A stretch of 64,000 nucleotides of DNA. It comes from Chromatiales bacterium (GTDB lineage Bacteria > Pseudomonadota > Gammaproteobacteria > Steroidobacterales > GCA-2729495). The position numbers and the translations under genes were made by a program. The notes beneath the pieces are model-generated. The model was not told the DNA's origin. It worked only from the letters and a program-made list of their open reading frames with translations, and ran no database searches. Location: positions 1,780 to 65,779 of the forward strand of contig JAEUQA010000076.1 of the NCBI GenBank assembly GCA_016789845.1, written 5' to 3'. Positions 9,105 to 17,399 of this stretch are shown here, in pieces. Numbering within the stretch: the stretch's first letter is position 1; each line of letters opens with the position of its first letter.

Positions 9105-9995
9105 ATGAGCCGTCCCCACATCGAGCCCTACGTCGAGATCGACCAGCCCTACAAGCGGTTCAGCCTGAAGGCCTTCCCGAAGGGCGCCTGGTACAAGACG
9201 CTGAGCATGGACCAGGACACCGGCGCCAGCTCGCTGAAGATGCGCTTCGACGCGGGCTTCCGCCGGCCGCCCGGCCTGGCCTTCTCGGACCTGGAACTGT
9301 TCGTGCTGCGCGGCTCGGTGCGCATCGGCGGCGTGCTCTGCGGCGAGGGCCAGTACTTCTTCGTGCCCGCCGGTTTCGCGCTCGGGGCGATGTCTTCACC
9401 CGACGGTTTCGAGGCGCTCGTGCTCTGGAACGACGGCCTGCCCAGCTTCGCCGAGTCCGACGAGCACCACCGCTACGCGCTCACCTCGGCCTTCGTCGCC
9501 ACCAACGGCTACGAGGAGGCGCCCTGGATCGCCACCGCGCGCTACCAGCCTGGCGTGGCGACCGGCTGCTGCGTGAAGCCGCTGCGGGTGGACCCGCTCT
9601 CCCGCGCCACCACCTTCCTCTACACCATGGTGCCCGCCTACCGGCAGGACAACATCTCCTACCACGACTGCGCGGAGGAGAGTTACCACATCTGGGGCAC
9701 GTCCTGGATGATGCAGTTCGGCGAGATTCCCACCGGCGGCTACTTCTGGCGGCCGGCCTACATCAACCACGGCGCCTTCGCGTCCCGCCACGGCTGCATC
9801 GCCCTCGGCCGCACCGACAGCGAGCTCTTCAACTACTTCCACTACGACCCGTGGACCACGCCGCACGACAACGCCGCGCGGGCGGCGGCCAACGTCTACC
9901 GGAAGCGGCCGAAGCTGTGGGACTGGCAGGTCAGCGAGGGCCACAACCACCCGGATGGCCCGCCCGATTTCGAACTCGATGCCGGCCAGCCGTAG
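9105..9995 (+). CDS. Cupin-fold hypothetical protein
   Basis: ATG 9105. The protein-like part of track ORF 8247..9995 begins MSRPHIEPYVEIDQPYKRF.... Beta-rich, with LRGSVRIGG...YFFVPAG cupin-like motifs. Function unknown. Confidence 0.6.
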   Translation: MSRPHIEPYVEIDQPYKRFSLKAFPKGAWYKTLSMDQDTGASSLKMRFDAGFRRPPGLAFSDLELFVLRGSVRIGGVLCGEGQYFFVPAGFALGAMSSPDGFEALVLWNDGLPSFAESDEHHRYALTSAFVATNGYEEAPWIATARYQPGVATGCCVKPLRVDPLSRATTFLYTMVPAYRQDNISYHDCAEESYHIWGTSWMMQFGEIPTGGYFWRPAYINHGAFASRHGCIALGRTDSELFNYFHYDPWTTPHDNAARAAANVYRKRPKLWDWQVSEGHNHPDGPPDFELDAGQP

Positions 9996-10014
9996 GAGCG
10001 CCTTCAGGCGCGAC
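9992..10014 (+). repeat. GTAG-REP unit GTAGGAGCGCCTTCAGGCGCGAC
   Basis: Exact consensus copy; TAG 9993-9995 is the stop codon of the cupin gene. Confidence 0.85.
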
Positions 10015-10171
10015 CCATCCCCCAGGGAACCGCTCCGTATCGACAGCCGCAGCAATGCAGCAAATTTTACAATATCGAGGTACCAGGAGCGCCGGAGCCT
10101 TCGTGGGCGCCGCCCGGCTTGACGCGACGATCACGATGGGCGCATATGAGCCGTAAGCCGTAGTTCGAGCA

Positions 10172-12058
10172 TTGATGATGTTGGTTTCGCGTCTGCAGTC
10201 CCGACGGCAAGCGTCAGCGCCTCGTCGGACCGCCGCGCCCCTGGCCACCTGCGTCCTCGCTCTCGGTGGCTGGTTCGCCCCGGCGCCAGCCGCGCAAGCA
10301 GACGTGATCATCATCGTGGATACCGCCGCCGACGTGATCGCCAACGACGGCGCCTGCTCGCTCCGGGAGGCGATCACCGCGGCCAATAGCAACGCTAACT
10401 ACTTCGGCTGCATCGGCAGCGGGGGCGGCTACGACCTGATCGAGTTCTCGATCGGTGGCGGCACCCCGGTGATCAACCTGGCAACCGCGCTGCCCACGAT
10501 CACTGGGCCCGTCGAGATCAATGGCGGACTGAACCGGGTGGAACTGCGGGGGCCGGGCAGCGGCTCGGGTCTCGTGGGACTGTCACTCTCCGGGGCGGGC
10601 ACGGCTGGCAGCGTCATCCGGAATCTCGTCATCAACGGCTTCACCACCGGCATTTCTCTCGCCACGACGACCAACATCAGCATTCGCGGGAACCGCATCG
10701 GGACCAATGCCGCCGGCACGGCGGCGGCCGCCAACGGGCAGGGCGTCCTGCTGACCAGTGCCACGGGCCAGATCGGCGGCACCAGCGGCGTGACGCCGGG
10801 CGGACCCTGCACCGGCGACTGCAACCTGATCTCCGGTAACACCGGCCCCGGTGTACAACTGTCCACGTACTCCACTGCCATCGTCCGGGGCAACTTCATC
10901 GGCACGAACGCCACCGGAACGTCCGCGATCGCCAACAACAACGGCATTCGTGCCTGGACATCGTTCGTTACGATCGGTGGCACGACGGCCGCGGCGGGCA
11001 ACCTCATTTCCGGCAACGCCTTTGGCATCACCATTAACATCACGATGAATCCGGCCGGCGGGGGCAGCGTGATCCAGGGCAACCGGATTGGGAGCAACGC
11101 CGCCGGTTCGGCGGCCGTGCCGAATAACCTCGGCATAAGTGTCGACCTTGGCAATCACAATTACCCTCTGGTGATTGGCGGCGCAGCCGCCGGGGCCGGC
11201 AACCTGATTTCCGGCAATACCAGCTGGGGCGTTCTGCTCACCGACTCGGACTATGTGGCCATCTACGGCAACCTGATCGGCACGCGGCCCGACGGGATCA
11301 CGCCACTGCCGAATGGCGGAGCAGGCGTCGAGCTGTACTCGTCGCAGTCGAATCTCATCGGCGGCACCGCCGTCCCGGGCCAGGGCAATGTCATCGCCAA
11401 TGGCGCGGTTGGCGTGACGAACGTGTTCAACTCCTATTACAACCAGATACGGGGAAACTCGATCCGGGCCAACACGGGGAAGGGCATCGCGCTGGAGGAT
11501 TTCGCGTCCTTCGCACCTCTGATCAACGGCGTGTCACCCGTCACCGGCACCGCCTGCCCCGGCTGCATCGTTGACGTCTACTCCGATGCTGCCGACGAGG
11601 GGGGCACCTTTCACGGCACGGTCGCGGCGGACGGCGGTGGCAACTGGGTATTCAACGGGCCGGTGGTGGGCCCCTACATCACCGCAACGGCCACGACGGT
11701 TGAGGGCGCCGCGGGGAGCACCTCCGAGTTCTCCGCGCCGTTCGCCTACGCGCCAATGGACAGCGATGGCGACGGCGTGCCCGACTTCATGGACAACTGC
11801 ACGCTGGTGGCCAACCCGACCCAGTGCGACTCGGACGGTGATGGCTACGGCAACCACTGCGACGGCGACCTGAACAGCAACGGGTTCACCAATGCCCAGG
11901 ACACCGGGCTTTTCCGCCAGCAACTCGGGCAGCCCAGCGTCGGCCCGGCCTACAACACGGCTGATCTGAACTGCAACGGCGCCGTAAACGCGCAGGACAC
12001 CGCGTTGTTCCGGAGCCTGCTTGGCCGGCCGCCAGGACCGTCGGGGCTGCATCCCTGA
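10172..12058 (+). CDS. Secreted parallel beta-helix repeat protein with a C-terminal TSP type-3 + dockerin-like module
   Basis: Signal peptide ...APAAQA; DGACSLREAITAANSN motif; many GN.IG.N..G beta-helix repeats; C-terminal DSDGDGVPDFMDNC...[21 protein letters not shown] plus two DxNxNGxxNAQD loops. Confidence 0.8.
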   Translation: MMMLVSRLQSRRQASAPRRTAAPLATCVLALGGWFAPAPAAQADVIIIVDTAADVIANDGACSLREAITAANSNANYFGCIGSGGGYDLIEFSIGGGTPVINLATALPTITGPVEINGGLNRVELRGPGSGSGLVGLSLSGAGTAGSVIRNLVINGFTTGISLATTTNISIRGNRIGTNAAGTAAAANGQGVLLTSATGQIGGTSGVTPGGPCTGDCNLISGNTGPGVQLSTYSTAIVRGNFIGTNATGTSAIANNNGIRAWTSFVTIGGTTAAAGNLISGNAFGITINITMNPAGGGSVIQGNRIGSNAAGSAAVPNNLGISVDLGNHNYPLVIGGAAAGAGNLISGNTSWGVLLTDSDYVAIYGNLIGTRPDGITPLPNGGAGVELYSSQSNLIGGTAVPGQGNVIANGAVGVTNVFNSYYNQIRGNSIRANTGKGIALEDFASFAPLINGVSPVTGTACPGCIVDVYSDAADEGGTFHGTVAADGGGNWVFNGPVVGPYITATATTVEGAAGSTSEFSAPFAYAPMDSDGDGVPDFMDNCTLVANPTQCDSDGDGYGNHCDGDLNSNGFTNAQDTGLFRQQLGQPSVGPAYNTADLNCNGAVNAQDTALFRSLLGRPPGPSGLHP

Positions 12059-12094
12059 GGAACTTGGGGTTCAAGCTCGGCGGGTGGAGAAGCC

Positions 12095-12427
12095 TCAGGC
12101 CGCGACGAACCTGAGAGACGCGATCATCAGTCCGAAGCCGACCACCAGCATCGAGCCGAGCCGGACCGTCATGGTGGTGGACAGCAGTTCCATATCCTTG
12201 CGAAGGCCTGTCGCCTGGACGTCCAGGTCCTTGCGCACGCCCGCGATCTCGCCGCGGAGGCTGCCGGAGAGGATCTCCAGGTCCTTCTGCACGAGGGCGA
12301 ATTCCTGCCGGATCTCGCTGCGGAGCAGATCCAGGTCTGATTTCGTCGCCAGGGTGGCGCCGATGTCCCGCTCCATCGCATCGACGACCGCCAGCGCCTT
12401 GTCATTCGGGACGCTGATGCCGACCAA
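12095..12427 (-). CDS. DUF1640-like coiled-coil protein with a C-terminal TM helix
   Basis: ATKSDLDLLRSEIRQEF...KDLEIL...VRKDLD heptads, then MLVVGFGLMIASL. The start may be the internal MERDIG. Confidence 0.55.
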   Translation of the reverse strand: MVGISVPNDKALAVVDAMERDIGATLATKSDLDLLRSEIRQEFALVQKDLEILSGSLRGEIAGVRKDLDVQATGLRKDMELLSTTMTVRLGSMLVVGFGLMIASLRFVAA

Positions 12428-12460
12428 GGCATCATAAGGAAGCGGCCCGGGCTCGTCAGC

Positions 12461-13672
12461 TCACGTACCGGGATATAGAAGATAGTCCCGCTGCTCCACC
12501 AGCCACTCCGCTTCATCAGTCCGGACGAGCCCCTCCAGGTCCCCGGTCGTCGCCGCCGGATCGTCAACCCACTCCCGCAGCAGGGGTCCGCCGTTGATCA
12601 CGTCGATCGCCAGCCGCTCCCGCTCGTACTCGTAGGGGAAATCCCGCCAGAGCGGGTAGTCGGGCCGGAGCTGGCGCAGCGCCTTGAAGGCCAGCGCCTG
12701 CAGCCGCCAGGGCCGGAAGGCGGCGTGATCGTAGGCCGGGTCGTCCACGTGGACCTGCAGGCCGCTGCAGAGCCGGCCCACGTGCTTGTGGAAGGTGGGC
12801 TCGAACCAGCACGGGCGCAGGCGGCAGCCCGCGAGCCACGCCGGCGCCAGTGCGTGCATCCTGCCGTGCAGGGCGGCGGCGTCCACATCCGGCGCGCCGA
12901 AGAGCTCCAGCGGTCGCGTGGTGCCCCGGCCCTCCGACAGCGTCGTGCCTTCCAGCAGCACCGTGCCCGCGTAGCACCGGGCCATCGCCAGGCTCGCCGC
13001 GTTCGGGCTCGGGTTCACCCAGCTGCGCTCGTGGAGCGGCCAGCCGTGCCCGGGGGCCGATTCCGGCTGCCAGCCCTCCATCGGCACCACCCGGTACTCC
13101 AGGTCCAGCTTCAGCAGGTCGATGAACCAGTGGCCCAGCTCGCCCATCGTGAGCCCGTGGCGCATCGGCATCGGCCCGGCGCCCACGAAGCTCTCCCAGC
13201 CCGGCCGCAGGCTGAGGCCCTCCACCGGCCGTCCCGCCGGGTTCGGCCGGTCCAGCACCCACACCGCCTTGCCCGCCCGCGCGCAGTCCTCGAGCACGTA
13301 GCGCAGCGTGGTGATGAAGGTGTAGATGCGGCAGCCGAGATCCTGCAGGTCCACCAGCAGCACGTCGAAGGTGTCGAGCATGGCCGCGGTCGGGCGACGC
13401 ACCTCGCCGTAGAGGCTAAACACGGGGATGCCGTGCACGGGGTCCGTGAAGTCCGGCGACTCGATCATGTTGTCCTGCTTGTCGCCCCGGAGGCCGTGCT
13501 GGGGGCCGAAGGCGCTGGTGACCATCAGCTCCGGCAGCGCGGCGAGGGCGTCGAGGCTGTGCCGGAGGTCCGCGGTGACCGATGCCGGGTGGGCGAGCAG
13601 GGCGATGCGCCGGCCCCGGAGCGGCCTCCGCAGCGCGTCGTCGGCGAGCAGCCGGTCGATGCCGAAGTTCAC
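12461..13672 (-). CDS. DUF1343 family protein (NamZ-like exo-beta-N-acetylmuramidase family)
   Basis: LLAHPASV...FGPQHGLRGD...GIPVFSLYGE...DVLLVDLQDLGCRIYTF signature; GTG start overlaps the upstream stop (GTGA at 13669-13672). Confidence 0.8.
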   Translation of the reverse strand: MNFGIDRLLADDALRRPLRGRRIALLAHPASVTADLRHSLDALAALPELMVTSAFGPQHGLRGDKQDNMIESPDFTDPVHGIPVFSLYGEVRRPTAAMLDTFDVLLVDLQDLGCRIYTFITTLRYVLEDCARAGKAVWVLDRPNPAGRPVEGLSLRPGWESFVGAGPMPMRHGLTMGELGHWFIDLLKLDLEYRVVPMEGWQPESAPGHGWPLHERSWVNPSPNAASLAMARCYAGTVLLEGTTLSEGRGTTRPLELFGAPDVDAAALHGRMHALAPAWLAGCRLRPCWFEPTFHKHVGRLCSGLQVHVDDPAYDHAAFRPWRLQALAFKALRQLRPDYPLWRDFPYEYERERLAIDVINGGPLLREWVDDPAATTGDLEGLVRTDEAEWLVEQRDYLLYPGT

Positions 13673-14214
13673 GGGTCGACCTGCAGCACGAAGGATTCGG
13701 CGTGATGGAAGTCGGGCTTTCCCTCGGGGTGGTGCAGGGCCCAGTAGCCCAGAGTGCCCGCGTCGTCCTCGATGACGGCGGCAAGGGCCACGCGGAGCGG
13801 AATGGGCGGGCGCGGGCCCGGCGGCCCGGGGAGATCGTCCATCCGGAAATCCACCAGGAGCGTCAGCTCATCCCCCATCCGCTGCCAGCGCGCCCTGGGG
13901 TCGTTCCGCAACGGGAGTGGTGCCATGCCCGTCCGGTAACTCCGGAAGCCGTAGGCTGCCCATTCACCCGACGGGGAGAAATTCAGTTCCAGGTAGCCGG
14001 CGGAGTGGGGATCGGCCACGAAGGCCTCGAAGCAGGTGTGTTGCCACAGCTCGTCCGCGCGTGCCGGCGTCGTGGCCGGTGGCACGCGCAGGCGGGCCAG
14101 GTCCGCCACGAGGCGCCAGGTCAGCTGGAGCGCGCCGTCGGGGCCGTAGGCCGCCGTCGCCTCGACCTGGCGGACCGGGCCGGCGGCCGACTCCGGGTGG
14201 GGCTGTAACTGCAT
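13669..14214 (-). CDS. DOMON/CBM9-like domain protein
   Basis: 181 aa; ELWQHTCFEAF...YLELNFSPSGEWAAY motif; translationally coupled to the DUF1343 gene. Confidence 0.55.
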   Translation of the reverse strand: MQLQPHPESAAGPVRQVEATAAYGPDGALQLTWRLVADLARLRVPPATTPARADELWQHTCFEAFVADPHSAGYLELNFSPSGEWAAYGFRSYRTGMAPLPLRNDPRARWQRMGDELTLLVDFRMDDLPGPPGPRPPIPLRVALAAVIEDDAGTLGYWALHHPEGKPDFHHAESFVLQVDP

Positions 14215-14249
14215 GGGTGCAGTCTAGGCCACCGCCGGTCCTTCTGCGC

Positions 14250-15062
14250 CTACCAGGGGATGACGCGCCCGTCCTTGTAGTCCAGGAACTGCCCGTTCTG
14301 GGCGGGCGTCAGCCCGTCGATCACCCTGATGATGCCCGCCACGCTCTCGGCCGGGGGAATGACGCCGGGCTGCTTGAAGTTGGTGCCAAAGCCCAGCTCG
14401 CCCTCCACCGGCTTCGTGTCCACCGAGCCGGGGGAGATCGCGGCGATGGTCACGCCCTTCTTCGCCGTCTCGTAGCTCAGGGTGTAGACGATCATGTTCA
14501 GCGCCGCCTTGCTGGTGCGGTACTCGTACATCATCGACATCTTGGGGCTCTCGGCGAAGGAGCCCGCCTTGCTGGAGATCACGGCGATCTTCTTCTGGTC
14601 CGACTTCTGCACGTGGGGCAGGAAATCGGCGATCAGCTTGGCCGGCCCGAGGGCATTGATCTCGAAGCTGTTCCGGGCTTCCTCGTAGTCGATGGTGGCC
14701 GCGCCCTTCATGGCGGACATGTAGCGCGGGGTCTTGGCCGCGTTGCTGAGCAGGACGTCGATGGGCTGGTCCTTGTACTTCGTGGCCAAGGCATCCACGG
14801 CGGCATGGTCGGTGACATCCAGCTTCTCGATGGTGATGTCCGGGTCGACCTTGGCCAGTGCCTGCAGTTCCGTCGCGCCGGCCGGATCCCGCGCCGTGGC
14901 GATGATCTTCCAGTCCCGGGCCGAGTATTGCCGGACCAGCTCGAGGCCGATGCCCCGGTTCGCTCCCGTGATGAGCACGGTGGGCTTGGCCGCGGCCAGG
15001 GCGGTCGTCAGGGGGGCGATGGCGGCCAGGAGGCTGGCGGCAACGAGGGCGATCAGGCGCAT
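14250..15062 (-). CDS. SDR-family oxidoreductase with an N-terminal signal peptide or anchor
   Basis: MRLIALVAASLLAAIAPLTTALAAA followed directly by TGANRGIG; YxxxK (YRTSK). The 591-aa track ORF is an upstream extension artefact. Confidence 0.8.
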   Translation of the reverse strand: MRLIALVAASLLAAIAPLTTALAAAKPTVLITGANRGIGLELVRQYSARDWKIIATARDPAGATELQALAKVDPDITIEKLDVTDHAAVDALATKYKDQPIDVLLSNAAKTPRYMSAMKGAATIDYEEARNSFEINALGPAKLIADFLPHVQKSDQKKIAVISSKAGSFAESPKMSMMYEYRTSKAALNMIVYTLSYETAKKGVTIAAISPGSVDTKPVEGELGFGTNFKQPGVIPPAESVAGIIRVIDGLTPAQNGQFLDYKDGRVIPW

Positions 15063-15188
15063 GGCGGGAAGTCTCCGGGGAACGAGTGTGTAAAGAGCTT
15101 CGGCGAAGGGCCCGGTACCGTCAAGGCGACCGTGCGGGCGCCCCGGCAGGTGGTTGCGCCGGTTGCCGGTTGATACGCTAGGCGCCTG

Positions 15189-15887
15189 GTGGATGAGGGA
15201 AGGACGCGCGTGGCAGACGGAGTGCTGATTGTCGGGGCGAGCCGGGGCACCGGGCTCGAGGTAGCCAGGCTGCTGGCGGCGCGGGGCGAGCCGGTCACCG
15301 CCTTCGTCCGGCCCACGACGGACATGGCCGGGCTGCTGCAGCTCCGGGTCAAGCTCTGGAAGGGCGACGTCCTCGACCCGCGGTCGGTGGAGGGCGCGTT
15401 CGCCTCGGGCAACTTCCGCGCGGTGATCGACACGGTGGGCGGCAGGCGCGGCGAGCCCCGACCGGACTACCACGGTACCCGCAACCTGGTGGACGCCGCC
15501 CGCAAGGCCGGCGTGCCCCGCTTCATCTTCGTCACGGCGATCGGCTGTGGCGACAGCCGGGGCGCCGTCGGGCCCAAGGTGCTGGAGTTCCTCGGCGCCG
15601 TCCTCGAGGAGAAGACCCTCGGCGAGGACTACCTGATGGCGAGCGGCCTCGACTACACCATCCTCCGGCCCGGCGGCATGACCCACGATCCCGCCAGCGG
15701 GACGGCGATCCGCACGGAGGACCGCATGGCCATGGGCGTCATCAACCGGGCCGACCTGGCCCGGCTTGTGGTCGAGTGCCTGGACGACCCGACGACTGTC
15801 GGCAAGGTGTACCACACCATCGACCCCGCCATTCAGCGCCAGGCTCCCCTGCAGCGGGGCGAGGACCTGCCGGGAGGGCGGGTGTAG
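15189..15887 (+). CDS. NAD(P)H-binding atypical SDR (NmrA/SDR_a-like)
   Basis: VLIVGASRGTGLEVARLL Rossmann motif; 232 aa; the true start may be the internal GTG (VADGV...). Confidence 0.75.
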   Translation: MDEGRTRVADGVLIVGASRGTGLEVARLLAARGEPVTAFVRPTTDMAGLLQLRVKLWKGDVLDPRSVEGAFASGNFRAVIDTVGGRRGEPRPDYHGTRNLVDAARKAGVPRFIFVTAIGCGDSRGAVGPKVLEFLGAVLEEKTLGEDYLMASGLDYTILRPGGMTHDPASGTAIRTEDRMAMGVINRADLARLVVECLDDPTTVGKVYHTIDPAIQRQAPLQRGEDLPGGRV

Positions 15888-15996
15888 TGAGGCCTGGCGC
15901 AGAACCCGGTATCCCGGCCGCAAGCAACTGAATCCGCACCGGATTCCCGGGCGAAAATCCCACTGGCAACCGCCTTTAGCGAGACAGACCTGAACC

Positions 15997-17079
15997 ATGG
16001 CACGAGCGCAACCTTCCCCTGGCAATGCCTTCGCGGGCGACCTGCTCGAGCGCGGCGCCGCCGGCTACGGCGGCTTTGCCGCGTCGCTGATGCTGGACCG
16101 GGATCCGGGCCTCCGCGAACGCCAGGGGCCGAACGCCCTGGCGGCCTGGCGCACGCACCTGACCCAGCGCGTGCTCGAACTTGCCGCGGCCGTGCAGGCC
16201 GGGGACTCCCGGCTGTTCCTCGGCCGGGTGACCTGGTCCCGGAAGGCCTTCCGGGCCCGGGGCCAGGACGACCAGGACATCCGCCACAGCATCCAGGCCC
16301 TGCATGACGTGCTCGTCGAGCGGCTGCCGAAGCCGGCGCTTCCCTTGCCGATCGAGTACGTCGATCTGGCGCTGAAGCTGCTCGCCTCGCCGGCCCCGTC
16401 GCCGGACCCGTCAGAGCTGGATCCGAAGCGCCCGTCGGACCGCCTGGCCCTCGAGTACCTGCAGAAGATCCTGGAGGGCAACGTGGCGGACGCCATTGCG
16501 GCGGTCACCACCGCGGCACTGAATGGCCTTGGCCCGCGCGCGGCCTACACCGACGTGCTGCTGCCCGCCCAGCGGGAGGTGGGCCGGCTCTGGCACGCCG
16601 GCGAGCTCAGCATCGCCGAAGAGCACATGGTGACTTCGGCCACCCAGCGCACCATGGCCGTGGTGGCCAGCCAGGCTCCCCGGCAGCCCGCCAACGGGCG
16701 CACGGTCGTGGTCGCCGCCGTGTCGGGCAACGTGCACGACGTGGGCCTGCGGGCGCTGGCCGACATGTACCAGCTGGCCGGCTGGCGCGTGATCTTCGTC
16801 GGCGCCGACGTGCCGATGCAGGACCTGCCCACCATGCTCGCGTTCTTCGAGGCTGACCTGCTGATGCTGGGCGCCACGCTGGCCACCCACGTGCCCCGCG
16901 TCGAGCAGGCCATCCGCTCCATCCGCGAGCGCTGCGAGCGGCCGGTGCGCGTGGTGGTGGGCGGCGCTGCCTTCGATGAGGCATCGGACCTGTGGACCCG
17001 GGTCGGCAGTGACGGCTACGCGCCGACCATCGACCAGGCGCTGGACCTGGGTGCGCGGCTGGTGGGGCTGCAGCAGTAG
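15997..17079 (+). CDS. Cobalamin (B12)-binding domain protein with a CarH-type Wx9EH cap motif; no DNA-binding domain seen
   Basis: REVGRLWHAGELSIAEEHMVT (W-x9-E-H) followed by VVVAAVSGNVHDVGLRALADMYQLAGWRVIFVGADVP (B12 Rossmann with lower-ligand His). Confidence 0.8.
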   Translation: MARAQPSPGNAFAGDLLERGAAGYGGFAASLMLDRDPGLRERQGPNALAAWRTHLTQRVLELAAAVQAGDSRLFLGRVTWSRKAFRARGQDDQDIRHSIQALHDVLVERLPKPALPLPIEYVDLALKLLASPAPSPDPSELDPKRPSDRLALEYLQKILEGNVADAIAAVTTAALNGLGPRAAYTDVLLPAQREVGRLWHAGELSIAEEHMVTSATQRTMAVVASQAPRQPANGRTVVVAAVSGNVHDVGLRALADMYQLAGWRVIFVGADVPMQDLPTMLAFFEADLLMLGATLATHVPRVEQAIRSIRERCERPVRVVVGGAAFDEASDLWTRVGSDGYAPTIDQALDLGARLVGLQQ

Positions 17080-17087
17080 GCCGCGAC

Positions 17088-17399
17088 ATGCGCCGGCTGC
17101 CCGCCTCGCTACTGATCCTGCTCGCGGCTGTCGCGGGCGCGGCAGACCAGAGCGATGCGGAGCGCCAGGCCGAGCTGGACCAGCGCTGCGAAGCCGCCCG
17201 GGACGAAAAGCTGGCGCCGATCCGGGAGGAGGTCTACGCCGAGTGCCTCGAGGGCCGGAAGGGGGACGAAGCCTACTGCCGGCGCTACGCGGACGGGTAT
17301 AACGGCGAGCGCATCGGCGGGTCCCCGCGCTTCTACGAATTGCCCGAGTGCGAGGCAGCGTTCCGGTTTCGTAACCGAAACCGAAAGCCCGGCACCTAG
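17088..17399 (+). CDS. Small secreted Cys-containing hypothetical protein
   Basis: Signal peptide MRRLPASLLILLAAVAGAA; 4 Cys; 103 aa; no family recognised. Confidence 0.5.
   Translation: MRRLPASLLILLAAVAGAADQSDAERQAELDQRCEAARDEKLAPIREEVYAECLEGRKGDEAYCRRYADGYNGERIGGSPRFYELPECEAAFRFRNRNRKPGT

Noticed and set aside
8247-9995. 582-aa ORF that would fuse the ypfJ region to the cupin gene
   Set aside because: Its first 285 or so residues are an Arg/Pro/Gly-rich alternative frame of ypfJ. Protein-like sequence begins only at ATG 9105, just after the ypfJ stop.
14250-16025. 591-aa ORF (also the 745-aa ORF 52364..54601, the 653-aa ORF 58623..60584 and the 534-aa ORF 23315..24919)
   Set aside because: These are upstream extensions that stay open because stop codons are scarce in GC-rich DNA. 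Domain boundaries, signal peptides, RBS-like sequences and overlap with well-supported neighbouring genes all point to internal starts.
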